A DNA stretch of 64,000 bases, filler included, from Stramenopiles sp. TOSAG23-6 (GCA_900128565.1; 15 parts of 15 records of this genome joined end to end with filler, not necessarily neighbours in it); one strand, 5' to 3'. Shown: positions 38,708 through 53,279, numbered from the whole stretch's first letter. Made by a program: numbers and translations. The notes: generated by a model from the sequence alone, not told the origin.

Positions 38708-39676
38708 ATGAGCACGCACTAGTTGATGTGCACAATAAAACAATTCACTTTTAAGACCCAGATCCACCATTGTTGATATTGTAACAGGGAGATTACGGTA
38801 TAAAAATGGATCGCGTTTGCGAACTTCAATAGTAAGAGCGTGAGCTTTGGTTGTATCATGTCGATAATATAGTTGTTCAGCTTCAGCAGATAAAATATCA
38901 GCATTATCCGCTAAACCCCACTCCGAACGCAGTTTTTGGAAATGGACTTCCACATCATCAGTAGGATTGTATTTAAGGATTCTACTGCGATAGATTAGTT
39001 TTGTTAACTTGGCTACTGGTGCTAATTCTTCACTATTTGTTTCTGTACCGAATGGTAAAGAAGTTAATAATTCGTGTTCTTTACTCTCTTTCAGCATTTG
39101 TTTATCCACAAGTTGTTCAAAAGCATCATAACAATGCGCATCACAACGCATAGCGTGTACAAACCAAGCTGCAGCTCGACTACGATTTTCTGCTGCCTCC
39201 AGAGCTTTAGCCTTTAGAGTGCATAGTTGTGCAATTACATTAATTTCTTCACCCACTACTGCAGGATGTGTTCGAACGAGTGATTGCAACGCAGATCCAG
39301 GTCCTGAACCTTCAGGTGTGTCTGGTATGATACGATCTAGTAACGATAATGCTTCTTCATTCATACCCTGTGCGAGCATACACTGCGTAGCTAACCGGCA
39401 AAAGTGTGGATATCCAGGCTGGAGGAGATATTCATATTTACCTAACAAATATAAGGCTTGTTCATACTTGTTACTCCGGAAATAGGCATCTGCAAGTAAA
39501 AATACATCTGACGGCTCACCAGAAGACATTGTGACGACTTTATCTGCATAGAAAATTGCACCAGCGAGCGAATGTTGTGACAAGCAACTTTTCGCAAGAG
39601 CACGATATTTGACACAAGCACTTACAATATTAGGAGCCACTTTGGGGTTTGACCATTGAGACGTACTCTCGGACAT
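38708..39676 (-). CDS. CDC16: Anaphase-promoting complex subunit 6, first exon
   Basis: AIFYADKV..DVFLLADAY, CYDAFEQLV..ML, LFYCAHQLV; TPR repeats. Confidence 0.9.
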
Positions 39677-40044
39677 ATCACTTTAAATTTTCAAAAAAAA
39701 GAATAAAGCTGCACTACTTACCTAATGATGACTGAAAGGAAATTCACGTTAAATCCAATGACAAATATAAACCGACAATTGAACTGTACAAAGAAAATTG
39801 CTGCTCTTTCTCTCTCCACAGAAAAAATGACGGAGCACTCCACACTGGCAGGCTCGTGCAATTTCAGGCTCAAAGACGAGGAGCATTGATTGATGTCGGA
39901 TGTCATATTTTGACTGCTGTACCTACAAATTCGAAATTCACATGAATCATGTCCTACATTTCAATAAATGTTTAAAATTTATTTATCAAGAATGTACTTT
40001 TTTTATTTTAAAATGGCGCCAGTACTTTAATGTATTCTTTCATG

Positions 40045-42780
40045 TTACAATTTTCCTTTATTTTTCATGGTAACTACTGTATTCCATTCATCTGTACCTG
40101 GACATAATCTATGGTAACCTATTGAGGCTGTTGACGTACTTACATCAGAGTGACACATACCTGCTTTTGGCATTTCCCCAAAAGGGCGAGGTATTTCTCC
40201 ATGTAATACATCAACAATATCTCGTGCCAAATTCATTCCAATTGCTGCTTCACTCGCTCTTCGAGACTTGCGTTGTCCCTTACGGCGAATCGCCCATTTG
40301 TATAATAAATTTCGGTTGAATGGCATAGGTGCAAGTAATCCTATAGTATCCTTTATCAAGGCTGACTTAATTCGCTTATCCAAATCATTTTCAATACCAA
40401 ATGATGGTGAGGCATTCACTTCAAGTAACCATGGTCGAAGTGAAGAATCAATAATTATATCATAACCATACACTTCGAAACAATTTGGTTGGTGTTTGAT
40501 TAAATCATCAGCACAAACTAGTGACTTTAAAATCAATATATGTATATTTTTCTGTAACTTTTGTGTATCAATATTTAATTTTTCTAGGCGTTGTAAGAGG
40601 AAACTATATGAAAGTTTACTTCCTCCTACTTCTGAGGATGGTGCAGTCATAAGAGGTGTACATGATATTGTGCTACGGTTTTGATAAAAGCTTTCAGTAT
40701 TTTTCGATTCTTTTGTCCTTATCTCCGGTTTTTGTTGTACCGATGAATTTGTAAGATGCATTCGAAGATCTTTGAGGTAATCCCTATTTATTGGTTCCTC
40801 AGAGTCGTCTGGATCTTCGTTACCAATTTTATACTTGACCGTTGACATTCTCGCAAAGCCTTCTGTGTAGATAAAAGCCTCTAGGGGTTGGAATGATGTA
40901 ACAAGTACATATAATCTCAGATCGAATTTGTATCCATCAATCAGTAATGGTTCATCAATATATTGCTGTACCACATGTATTTTGGAAAAATATTTCAAAA
41001 TATTTTTTGTTAGGTACAAACTTTCGTACGAAAAAAAAATCATACAAAAAAAAACATACAGCTGCCTCGGAATAGCGTAGTGTTGGACTATCTGTAATTC
41101 TAATTCCTCTTCCACGACTCATCAGTGCGGGCTTGACAATCCAAAGATTTTGTCTTGTAACATTTACACTGCTAGCGTTTGAACGTTTATCGTCCATCAC
41201 ATGTTGTGAATGGATTAATTGATCCTTTCGCTCAAAAAATGCTTTTGTAAATGCGTTATATTCTGTGGGTAAAATAAATGTGGGTGGCTGTATCGAAAAA
41301 GTAGATAATACACCCCCCATTTTCCAATATCTCGCAAGTGTTTTACACAATAAATCTTTTCTTGTCAGGCAACGAGCACCAACAAAGCGATGAACACGTT
41401 GCCAAGGCAAAAGTTGATCAAATGCAAGACGTGGTTCCTGGAAACACCACAAGATATTCCAAGCCATCCGAGAACTATACGGTGTGCTCAAAGAAGTCAT
41501 TGATTTAGCAGACATACTTTTGTAAGTATTGTATGTCTTAGTGTCATCTTTAGGGTCGGTCTTGAATTTAAACTCACGAGTAGACTCATCTGGAAGCTCC
41601 CGCATTCCTAGTGCATTAAACTGCTCATGTACTAGACTATATACTTCAGATTTTCGTTTCGATACAACAAACCATAGTTGTTGATTACCCAACTTTTTCG
41701 ATAAATTCATCATTTTATTATTGTAATGGTATCTATTATGCTTACTTTCGTCGTTTGTCGTTTTATTTAGATTATGCAAAAACTTTACACTACTCAGAGA
41801 TTCTTCGCCATTATCTTTGGAGTAAAATTCATTATATCCACCGCTAACTCGAATACTACAAAATTTATTGTAACTTTTCAAAGAGGATTCGCTTGCCCAT
41901 GGCTTATACGTATTCTCTATACTATTCCATATCTTTAATAATTCCCTTTCAGCACTTTCGCTATGCCGTCGACTAGTCTGTTTATTCTGGCCTTGTTTTA
42001 AATTTTTCATCAATAATGAGGGGCGGAGCAACTCGATTTCATTAGGCCAAAGTTTTGAAAGTGGAATAATGTAATTGTCACTATCATAATCTATTTTATC
42101 TTTCTGTGTATCATTCTTGACGTTTTTAGTGAATAAAATATCTTTGCTGATTATCATGCGTTTTGGTGGTAACTTATCAAAATTTGTCACACGTTTTATC
42201 GCATTTTCGTCATTAGAACCTACTACATTCCCTATTGTCACTTGATTACTTATACCATCATTTTCATCTAGAATGAAAGATCCAGAAGGTGCGAAATTTG
42301 CGCCTCGCTTATCATCAGTATTCAATGTACTTACAGCATGCAATTTATCCTTACTATCGCTTTGGTTCACCTCAATTGAATGAGGTTCATGTAGAAATTG
42401 TTCTTCATTCTTATTTATTTCACAACATTCATCATCTTCAAGGTTACCCTCTTCATTCTTATTTATTTCACCACATTCATCATCTTCAAGGTTACCCTCC
42501 GGAGTCCAACCATCGTACCAATCATCAACTTCAGATTCTTCTTTGTCGCAGAATTCAATATTTGTTTGATCTAATTCTATGATAGGATCTTTTTGTACAC
42601 TTGAGCTATCATTTATATGTTTATCGAGTTCAACTACTGTATTATTATTCGTACTATTTGATTCATCCAATTCTATCATAGGATTATTTTGTGCATTTAT
42701 ATTTTCATGATGCTCAATTACTGTATTATTATTCGAGCTATTTGATTCATCTGATTCAATGATGGGATTATTTTGTGCAT
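40045..42780 (-). CDS. Tubulin-tyrosine-ligase-like (polyglutamylase-type); intron 40975-41059
   Basis: WIVKP..SRGRGI, VVQQYIDEPLLIDGYKFDLRLYV, HLTNSS, FEVYGYD, WLLEVNASPS. Confidence 0.93.
40975..41059 (-). mobile_element. Introner-like intron GT..AT in TTLL (duplicate at 45249-45333)
   Basis: Joins YSEAA-VVQQYIDEP. Confidence 0.9.
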
Positions 42781-42981
42781 NNNNNNNNNNNNNNNNNNNN
42801 NNNNNNNNNNNNNNNNNNNNNNNNTTAATTAATTAANNNNNNNNNNNNNNNNNNNNNNNNNNNNNNNNNNNNNNNNNNNNATTATGAAAAAATATTTCAA
42901 AAAAAAAAAACTAAAATTTGTTAGGTACAAAATTTTTTTACCAAAAAAAAAATAAATTCAAATTTTGAAATGAAAACGTAC

Positions 42982-43950
42982 ATGAGCACGCACTAGTTGA
43001 TGTGCACAATAAAACAATTCACTTTTAAGACCCAGATCCACCATTGTTGATATTGTAACAGGGAGATTACGGTATAAAAATGGATCGCGTTTGCGAACTT
43101 CAATAGTAAGAGCGTGAGCTTTGGTTGTATCATGTCGATAATATAGTTGTTCAGCTTCAGCAGATAAAATATCAGCATTATCCGCTAAACCCCACTCCGA
43201 ACGCAGTTTTTGGAAATGGACTTCCACATCATCAGTAGGATTGTATTTAAGGATTCTACTGCGATAGATTAGTTTTGTTAACTTGGCTACTGGTGCTAAT
43301 TCTTCACTATTTGTTTCTGTACCGAATGGTAAAGAAGTTAATAATTCGTGTTCTTTACTCTCTTTCAGCATTTGTTTATCCACAAGTTGTTCAAAAGCAT
43401 CATAACAATGCGCATCACAACGCATAGCGTGTACAAACCAAGCTGCAGCTCGACTACGATTTTCTGCTGCCTCCAGAGCTTTAGCCTTTAGAGTGCATAG
43501 TTGTGCAATTACATTAATTTCTTCACCCACTACTGCAGGATGTGTTCGAACGAGTGATTGCAACGCAGATCCAGGTCCTGAACCTTCAGGTGTGTCTGGT
43601 ATGATACGATCTAGTAACGATAATGCTTCTTCATTCATACCCTGTGCGAGCATACACTGCGTAGCTAACCGGCAAAAGTGTGGATATCCAGGCTGGAGGA
43701 GATATTCATATTTACCTAACAAATATAAGGCTTGTTCATACTTGTTACTCCGGAAATAGGCATCTGCAAGTAAAAATACATCTGACGGCTCACCAGAAGA
43801 CATTGTGACGACTTTATCTGCATAGAAAATTGCACCAGCGAGCGAATGTTGTGACAAGCAACTTTTCGCAAGAGCACGATATTTGACACAAGCACTTACA
43901 ATATTAGGAGCCACTTTGGGGTTTGACCATTGAGACGTACTCTCGGACAT
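42982..43950 (-). CDS. CDC16: CDC16 first exon (duplicate contig)
   Basis: Translation identical to 38708-39676. Confidence 0.85.
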
Positions 43951-44318
43951 ATCACTTTAAATTTTCAAAAAAAAGAATAAAGCTGCACTACTTACCTAAT
44001 GATGACTGAAAGGAAATTCACGTTAAATCCAATGACAAATATAAACCGACAATTGAACTGTACAAAGAAAATTGCTGCTCTTTCTCTCTCCACAGAAAAA
44101 ATGACGGAGCACTCCACACTGGCAGGCTCGTGCAATTTCAGGCTCAAAGACGAGGAGCATTGATTGATGTCGGATGTCATATTTTGACTGCTGTACCTAC
44201 AAATTCGAAATTCACATGAATCATGTCCTACATTTCAATAAATGTTTAAAATTTATTTATCAAGAATGTACTTTTTTTATTTTAAAATGGCGCCAGTACT
44301 TTAATGTATTCTTTCATG

Positions 44319-47054
44319 TTACAATTTTCCTTTATTTTTCATGGTAACTACTGTATTCCATTCATCTGTACCTGGACATAATCTATGGTAACCTATTGAG
44401 GCTGTTGACGTACTTACATCAGAGTGACACATACCTGCTTTTGGCATTTCCCCAAAAGGGCGAGGTATTTCTCCATGTAATACATCAACAATATCTCGTG
44501 CCAAATTCATTCCAATTGCTGCTTCACTCGCTCTTCGAGACTTGCGTTGTCCCTTACGGCGAATCGCCCATTTGTATAATAAATTTCGGTTGAATGGCAT
44601 AGGTGCAAGTAATCCTATAGTATCCTTTATCAAGGCTGACTTAATTCGCTTATCCAAATCATTTTCAATACCAAATGATGGTGAGGCATTCACTTCAAGT
44701 AACCATGGTCGAAGTGAAGAATCAATAATTATATCATAACCATACACTTCGAAACAATTTGGTTGGTGTTTGATTAAATCATCAGCACAAACTAGTGACT
44801 TTAAAATCAATATATGTATATTTTTCTGTAACTTTTGTGTATCAATATTTAATTTTTCTAGGCGTTGTAAGAGGAAACTATATGAAAGTTTACTTCCTCC
44901 TACTTCTGAGGATGGTGCAGTCATAAGAGGTGTACATGATATTGTGCTACGGTTTTGATAAAAGCTTTCAGTATTTTTCGATTCTTTTGTCCTTATCTCC
45001 GGTTTTTGTTGTACCGATGAATTTGTAAGATGCATTCGAAGATCTTTGAGGTAATCCCTATTTATTGGTTCCTCAGAGTCGTCTGGATCTTCGTTACCAA
45101 TTTTATACTTGACCGTTGACATTCTCGCAAAGCCTTCTGTGTAGATAAAAGCCTCTAGGGGTTGGAATGATGTAACAAGTACATATAATCTCAGATCGAA
45201 TTTGTATCCATCAATCAGTAATGGTTCATCAATATATTGCTGTACCACATGTATTTTGGAAAAATATTTCAAAATATTTTTTGTTAGGTACAAACTTTCG
45301 TACGAAAAAAAAATCATACAAAAAAAAACATACAGCTGCCTCGGAATAGCGTAGTGTTGGACTATCTGTAATTCTAATTCCTCTTCCACGACTCATCAGT
45401 GCGGGCTTGACAATCCAAAGATTTTGTCTTGTAACATTTACACTGCTAGCGTTTGAACGTTTATCGTCCATCACATGTTGTGAATGGATTAATTGATCCT
45501 TTCGCTCAAAAAATGCTTTTGTAAATGCGTTATATTCTGTGGGTAAAATAAATGTGGGTGGCTGTATCGAAAAAGTAGATAATACACCCCCCATTTTCCA
45601 ATATCTCGCAAGTGTTTTACACAATAAATCTTTTCTTGTCAGGCAACGAGCACCAACAAAGCGATGAACACGTTGCCAAGGCAAAAGTTGATCAAATGCA
45701 AGACGTGGTTCCTGGAAACACCACAAGATATTCCAAGCCATCCGAGAACTATACGGTGTGCTCAAAGAAGTCATTGATTTAGCAGACATACTTTTGTAAG
45801 TATTGTATGTCTTAGTGTCATCTTTAGGGTCGGTCTTGAATTTAAACTCACGAGTAGACTCATCTGGAAGCTCCCGCATTCCTAGTGCATTAAACTGCTC
45901 ATGTACTAGACTATATACTTCAGATTTTCGTTTCGATACAACAAACCATAGTTGTTGATTACCCAACTTTTTCGATAAATTCATCATTTTATTATTGTAA
46001 TGGTATCTATTATGCTTACTTTCGTCGTTTGTCGTTTTATTTAGATTATGCAAAAACTTTACACTACTCAGAGATTCTTCGCCATTATCTTTGGAGTAAA
46101 ATTCATTATATCCACCGCTAACTCGAATACTACAAAATTTATTGTAACTTTTCAAAGAGGATTCGCTTGCCCATGGCTTATACGTATTCTCTATACTATT
46201 CCATATCTTTAATAATTCCCTTTCAGCACTTTCGCTATGCCGTCGACTAGTCTGTTTATTCTGGCCTTGTTTTAAATTTTTCATCAATAATGAGGGGCGG
46301 AGCAACTCGATTTCATTAGGCCAAAGTTTTGAAAGTGGAATAATGTAATTGTCACTATCATAATCTATTTTATCTTTCTGTGTATCATTCTTGACGTTTT
46401 TAGTGAATAAAATATCTTTGCTGATTATCATGCGTTTTGGTGGTAACTTATCAAAATTTGTCACACGTTTTATCGCATTTTCGTCATTAGAACCTACTAC
46501 ATTCCCTATTGTCACTTGATTACTTATACCATCATTTTCATCTAGAATGAAAGATCCAGAAGGTGCGAAATTTGCGCCTCGCTTATCATCAGTATTCAAT
46601 GTACTTACAGCATGCAATTTATCCTTACTATCGCTTTGGTTCACCTCAATTGAATGAGGTTCATGTAGAAATTGTTCTTCATTCTTATTTATTTCACAAC
46701 ATTCATCATCTTCAAGGTTACCCTCTTCATTCTTATTTATTTCACCACATTCATCATCTTCAAGGTTACCCTCCGGAGTCCAACCATCGTACCAATCATC
46801 AACTTCAGATTCTTCTTTGTCGCAGAATTCAATATTTGTTTGATCTAATTCTATGATAGGATCTTTTTGTACACTTGAGCTATCATTTATATGTTTATCG
46901 AGTTCAACTACTGTATTATTATTCGTACTATTTGATTCATCCAATTCTATCATAGGATTATTTTGTGCATTTATATTTTCATGATGCTCAATTACTGTAT
47001 TATTATTCGAGCTATTTGATTCATCTGATTCAATGATGGGATTATTTTGTGCAT
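44319..47054 (-). CDS. TTLL gene (duplicate contig)
   Basis: Translation identical to 40045-42780. Confidence 0.85.
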
Positions 47055-47694
47055 NNNNNNNNNNNNNNNNNNNNNNNNNNNNNNNNNNNNNNNNNNNNTT
47101 AATTAATTAANNNNNNNNNNNNNNNNNNNNNNNNNNNNNNNNNNNNNNNNNNNNAATCCTGCAAGTGAATATGATTATTATGGCAGTGAAGGAGACGACG
47201 AGTCTAATTATGATGATGGTGAGGAACAATATGGTGATGATGAATTTGAAAATGACGCCGTACAAGAAACAAATTATTCTAGGGAGGATCAAGAGAGAAG
47301 GATGCAGGATCAACTTCATCATCGATAACACAAATTACGAAAATACGGTCGAAGTTGTACAGTTACAAGATGAATCTGATTAATAAAAAATATACTCTAC
47401 ACCATTTTTTGAAATAAAATCCATGACTATTATGACCAATTTTAATTATTATCAATATTATTATTGTTTTATCTTTAGCGAGACGAAAACGATTTCGAGA
47501 TTTTCGAGATTGAAAGTTGACAATTTCGAGATTTCGTGTTTTTTTGCATTTTAATTTTTTTTGAATTTTTGAAAACGTATCTTGCTCGTATCCATTTCTG
47601 TACTTCGATAGATATTCGATGAATAAGCATTCTTATCTTTTTGGATAATAGATCATAATTAATTCATACGAAATAGACTACACCAAGAAAAAGT

Positions 47695-50600
47695 ATGACC
47701 CTTCAAATGCTTCCACTTTTCGTGATGCTTTTAATACGAGTAAGCCAGAGTTCTGATAGTCACTACGCACACCATGCAACGATACGTAAGCCATCTCCTA
47801 GACTCGCTCATGGGGGTACTTTCTCGAACCAAGAACGAATACACCATAAAGGCGATCATATGGAAAACAATGAAAATGATATACCTCGTTTTTTACGTAC
47901 TAAGCATAGACGCTTTTACAAGCATGGAACGAAGTCAGCTCTACATCCGAGGTTCAAGGAAGCCCCTGATGTGCTCACGAGACTAAAGAAAGCGGAAAAT
48001 AGACATCTACAAACTCAAGAAAGTCGTCGCAGATTAAAAAACATGAGTGAAAAGAATCTGAAGAATACACATAAAGATGTGATGCATTCTTTGTACGGAG
48101 AAAATGTGTACAGCAAGGCCCGATTTCATGAAAAAAAACGAGTTGTACTATCGAAGAAGCAACCAAAAGTTGTTCATCCCCACCGCGAAGAAACGAAAAA
48201 TGGTTGAGGAACACACATATACCAATTCGACAGCAGCGTAATGGAGTTGGTGGTAAAGAAGACTACCGATTTACTTCAAAGCGTGAAAAAACTTTTTATG
48301 AAGATGAAAAAGCAGCACAAAAGGAGTTTGAACTAGAGCAAAGATACGCTGGTAAAAGCGCCGAAGAAATTGAAGAAGACCTTGAGACTCTTGATGAAGA
48401 ATTAGAGAATAAGCATAAAGAAAAAGATAAAGATATGCAAGAAGAGGCTGTTAAGGTAGGGTTAATGGAGGACGGTGATAATGATGAAGAAGCACGTGAA
48501 AAAAAATTTCAAATGTATAAACATTTCCAAAAAATCGAAGAAAGGGAAAGGCGTCGCGGGATGCACAATGGTGGGAGTGATGATTTTGAAGACTTTGACC
48601 CAGAAGACGAGTACTCCGGAGATTCTGAAGATGATGATTACGACGGATATAAAGGTGATGAATACTACAAAGCATCGAGGAATGAGAGAAGGTATAACCC
48701 TGAGCGAGATCTCTATGATGGGGACTCTGACGATTCTGAAACTCCACAAAATCTGTCCGAGGTAGAAAACGATGAACTACCGTTACAAGAACAACCTAAT
48801 GGACAAGGAGAGTCGGTGCAACTACAAGAAGGAGGTAGTGAAGATGTAGGCGAAATTTCACAACAACAACCTAATCCAAACGCACCAGCTGATCAAGATG
48901 GTATTCCACCAGCAGACTACGAAGATGTAGGCAACGATGAACCACCGTTACAAGAACAACTTAATGACCAAGCGGGGTCGGTGCAACTACAAGAAGGAGG
49001 CAGTGAAGATGTAGGTGACATTTCACAACAACAACCTAATCTAAACGCACAAGCTGTTCCTTACGATATGCCACCAGAAAACTCTGAAGATGTAGAAAAC
49101 GATGAACCATCGTTACAAGAACAACAGGAAGGAGGTAGTGGAGATGTAGCTGAGCCTCTACAAGACAACTATCAAGGTGATGCCGCCACAGGAAATGATG
49201 ATAATGATCAGGGTGAAGCTCCATCAGAATCCGATGATGACAACGACGAAGACACACCGCAAACCGATAACATGGACAACGAAGAAGTCGAATCAACTAA
49301 AACAACTAAAGATGTACAAACAAAACGTCCCAAAATACCCAATTTAGGAGGAACTTGGGAGCTAGCATACAAAAACGCCTATAAACGTTTACGAGAGAGA
49401 CTTCGTCTTTTCGAAGATTCGGTTGGTCAGTCGGCTACAAATGATCCTGCCATCGTTATGAAACAGGAACAAATGGCTAACGAAATCAAAGCATTACATT
49501 CAACAAATAATGAGTTGAAGAATGAACTCAACACAAACCAACAAAATATGAAGCAAGATTTTGAAAAACAACAACAAAGAATTTATGAACTGTCTCAAAG
49601 TATTGAAATTCAAAAGAACAACAATCAATATCAAGCGGATCAAAATCAAAAACTTCATTACCAACAACAAGAATCAACCGCAACTCAAGCATTAAAGGAC
49701 CAAGTACGAGAGTTAGACCAGAAACATAGCTCATTACAAAGCACGTTATCGGATTTACAAAGCAGCGTCAATAGAAATCCTCCTGCACAATTGGCTATGG
49801 AAATAGGAAAACTAAGCCAGCAACCTGATGAAGTAAATGAAGTAAGACAGGAGCTTCAGCGACAACAACAACGCTTGAATGATGAATCCCAGCAAGTGCA
49901 AAATCGTATGAATGGTCTGGAGGAAGTAAAGCAAGAGATGGTGGCGTTGCGAACGCAACTATCTAATGCTAAAATGTATGTTTTTCTCTCAAAATTTCAA
50001 TCTTTTTTTACTTTTACTACCTTGATTTTTTTTTTTTTTTAAAGAAAAACGTAAAGCATTTTTCATACCCAACATTTTGTTTTATCCATAAAACTTTAAA
50101 ACGTAAAAACTTTAAAACTGACAAAAACAATGATATATTGTCACAAATTACAGGACACAAAATCAAGAAGCCACTAATATGAAACAAGAGCTGTATAACA
50201 AAATGGAGCAACATAATCATGATATGTACGTCTTTTTCATACATTTCTTTTTTTTTTTTTTTTTTCGTTTCCGTAAAAAAATTTCTTACCTAATGATTTT
50301 TTTTTTTAAATATATTTTTCATAAAACATGACACATCGAATTGAAAAGTTAATAAATGAAACAAAAAGAGAAGAGAAACAAACACAACAATCACAAAGTG
50401 GAAAATTGGACCATGACGTTGTACAAAATGGAAAATTGCTCAAAGATGTTGCAAAAAAATTGAATGGAGATAAAAATGGTCAACATTTAAAAAAGAAACA
50501 GCTTAAAACGAAGAAGAAGAAACGTTCAACTGCTACTGAAATTCGTGATGCGCTACGAGACATAAAAGGAGCAATCTCAAAATTACATGGTCACTCTCAG

Positions 50601-51328
50601 ACTACACTTGCAGTTGAACCTCCACCTCCTGCTGTTGCAGTTCAACCACCACCTCATGTTGTTGCAGTTCAACCTCCACCTCATGTTGTTGTAGAAAAGA
50701 GTCAAGACAGCACGGAGGATTCAACTGGGAGTGGATTGTCAAAACAGTTACTTAAAGCATACAAAGCACGAACAAAAATGTTGTCAAATATCGCTCAAAG
50801 TCGAAGCAACGAAAAGACCGAAAAGAGCAATTACAAGCAAAAAACGCAAAAAACAAGGAGGAGGAAAAAGAGAAAGAAGAAGAGAAAGAAGAAGAACAAA
50901 AACAATCAAGACGAGAATGCACAGCCGTTATACCCTGAACAAGAAAACGATACTGCTGGAAAACAAGACGAGGATACAGAAGCATCCCAGCAAACACAGG
51001 AGAATACTACTGATGCAACTGAACAAGATATCGATAATGGCAACTCACAACCACCAAGAAGAAGAAGCACCAGAAGAAGAAGAAGAAGCAGCAGAAGAAG
51101 AAGAACAAGCACCAGAAGAAGAAGAACAAGCACCACAAGAAAAAGAAGAAACACCACAAGAAGAAGCGCCACAAGAAGAAGAAGAAGAAGCACAAGTGAA
51201 GAAAAATAAAAAACGAGACAAGAAAAATAAAAAACGAGACAAGAAAAATAAAAGACGAGAACGGAAAAATAAAAGACGAGAACGGAAAAAATTAAAACGA
51301 GACAAGAAAAAACAAGACAAGGTAAAAA
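47695..51328 (+). CDS. Large secreted acidic/coiled-coil protein with internal repeats; introns 49976-50153 and 50226-50329; apparent frameshifts
   Basis: Signal peptide, repeats NDE.PLQEQ..VQLQEGGSEDVG, Q-rich coiled coil. Confidence 0.6.
50226..50329 (+). mobile_element. Family intron GT..AT
   Basis: Joins NHDM-THRIE. Confidence 0.75.
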
Positions 51329-51428
51329 NNNNNNNNNNNNNNNNNNNNNNNNNNNNNNNNNNNNNNNNNNNNTTAATTAATTAANNNNNNNNNNNNNNNN
51401 NNNNNNNNNNNNNNNNNNNNNNNNNNNN

Positions 51429-51528
51429 ATGTATTTTGGAAAAATATTTGAAAAAAAAAACTAAAATTTGTTAGGTACAAAATTTCGTACGAAAAAAAAA
51501 TTCGCATTTGAAAAAAAATAAAACATAC
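51429..51528 (-). mobile_element. Introner-like intron GT..AT at a contig end
   Basis: Near-consensus copy. Confidence 0.75.
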
Positions 51529-52234
51529 ATATATTATAAGGATGATTTGATAGAACTCGACGGTATTCAATAATTGCATTAGGAAAATGATTCATAGCAA
51601 TCCAAGAGCGACCCATTTCTAATGGTACATAGAGCGTAGAATTCTCACAAGCTCCACAATCCGAGACGTCCACTTGACATAAGAAATATAGAGCTTCGCC
51701 AAATCTACCTTGGTTTCGAAGTATTAAACCTAGATGATAAGCTGCATCAGAAACTCGAGGACGAGTAGATTCTTTCAAAGCAGCTTTTAGACATAATTCT
51801 GCGTCATCTTCATCTCATACAGAAAATGCAATTAAACCTTCAGAAAGTAGTTCATAAAATTTAGCTCCAATAGAATTTCTTTTTTGTTGGGAAGATTCTA
51901 CTATATTTTGTCTCAAATGAACCATCTTTTCGGCATAACTTTGAGGTGAACTATTTTTTGAAGCAACTCTCACAGAATTCATCATTTTTGCCCAGCGACC
52001 GCCAATTTTTTTATCGGTTTTGTTCGCACGTGCTTCTTCAAATGGATCACACACTTCAAACTCTTGCGTCTCTTTCTCGGAAACAACAAGATATTCAAAC
52101 AGTCGGAGGGCATCGAGAGAAGTAGGCGCAAATCCCTTTACCTTATTTTTCCCGTAGAAGAAAATGTTTTTCATTTTTTCTGATGAAAAGAGTATACTAT
52201 TGTTTTGAGCTTCCTGTGTGTTGTTTTTTTCCAT
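51529..52234 (-). CDS. TPR-containing protein, 3' truncated, in-frame TGA at 51815-51817
   Basis: AAYHLGLILRNQGRFGEALYFL and LEMGRSW..AIIEYRRVLSNHP TPR units. Confidence 0.65.
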
Positions 52235-52731
52235 CTTTCGAAAGGCTTGGCTAGACTATGAACTCCACAGTTTCGGAAATGATGCCACCTTTAATTATTT
52301 AGTGTAGTGACTGATTTACCCCGCTGAAAATGACATGAATACCCTCTTTTTTGATGTATGAAAACTCCATTTTTCGCGTTAGAATATAAACACACACCAA
52401 GTGCAGTAAGTGCGGTACGCTATGGTGCCCCGTATGAGAAGAAAACTGTCTTTTATTAGTAGCCAGATATACAAATAGTTGTATATCAAGTACGTACAAT
52501 TATTGCAAAGTCTTTTTTTTTACAGTTTCAGTATAATTGTTTCGCTGTCAAATCGGAAATAAAAAAATCCATCAAAATGTTCAAAAACATCAACATCAAC
52601 ATCGACATCTCCTTCAGGAAGAACGAAGACTTCCCTTCAGAGTTAGACGTAGAGAGTCTTCTGTCGAGTCTTCTATTGTATCGCGAGCCAAAGAAATCTT
52701 TGTGCATAAAGGAAAACTTCATTTTTGACAA

Positions 52732-53109
52732 ATGCTTGGTTTCATTTATAGTCTTAATGATAAAGTTCGGTATGGCATAGTTGCGCTTCTGATGCTTATT
52801 CAATTTCTTCCTCCACTGAAACCAGTATATCGACTATTACCTAACTGGGTGTATACTGTGACTGTCTTATCTCTTTTATACATGAAAGACCATAATGATC
52901 ATAATGAAGCAAATAATGATAATGATAATGTAACTGGTCCATCTGATCTAGAAAGGCTTTCCAATTCTGAAATAAGTAAGATGTCTTCAAAACAGTTAAT
53001 AAGAGAACTTAAAAAAAGGAAAGTTCCTTGTAACCACTGTGTTGAAAAAAAGGATTTACAGACATTGTTAACAACAGTTGCAGGAAGTCAAAAGTCTAAA
53101 AACGATTGA
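52732..53109 (+). CDS. Small membrane protein with an ARMET_C/SAP-like domain
   Basis: TM segments then MSSKQLIRELKKRKVPCNHCVEKKDL. Confidence 0.6.
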   Translation: MLGFIYSLNDKVRYGIVALLMLIQFLPPLKPVYRLLPNWVYTVTVLSLLYMKDHNDHNEANNDNDNVTGPSDLERLSNSEISKMSSKQLIRELKKRKVPCNHCVEKKDLQTLLTTVAGSQKSKND

Positions 53110-53279
53110 AAAGGAAACTTGATCCAATTATCCTACTAGTATTAGATGCATGAATAATTTTGCGGGTCCACATTTTGTTATAGTGAATGAATTATCCTTT
53201 TAGAATGAATAATAAAACGAGTCATTATTTATTAGAAATACGTTAAAAAAAAAATAATTCGAGGATATTAAATTTAATT

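Larger units (their letters stand above)
42881..47054. repeat. Apparently exact duplicate of contig 38607-42780
   Basis: Same ends, same length (4174 bp), all ORFs identical at offset +4274. Confidence 0.97.

Noticed and set aside
38607-47054. 4.2-kb tandem duplication of CDC16 and TTLL
   Set aside because: Two separate contigs with identical ends and length, so most likely a redundant contig
10930-51060. Frameshifts in SHQ1 (~10940), GPC1 (~21800), the transporter (~31350), the desaturase (~33600) and the secreted protein (~48200, ~51050) as programmed frameshifting
   Set aside because: Several coincide with missing conserved segments, homopolymers or gappy contigs; assembly error is the simpler explanation
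50752-51320. Poly-L/F/S antisense ORFs and many other short ORFs in the track
   Set aside because: Shadows of GAA-rich coding sequence or translations of the intron family (e.g. SYEILYLT, VRNFVPNK)
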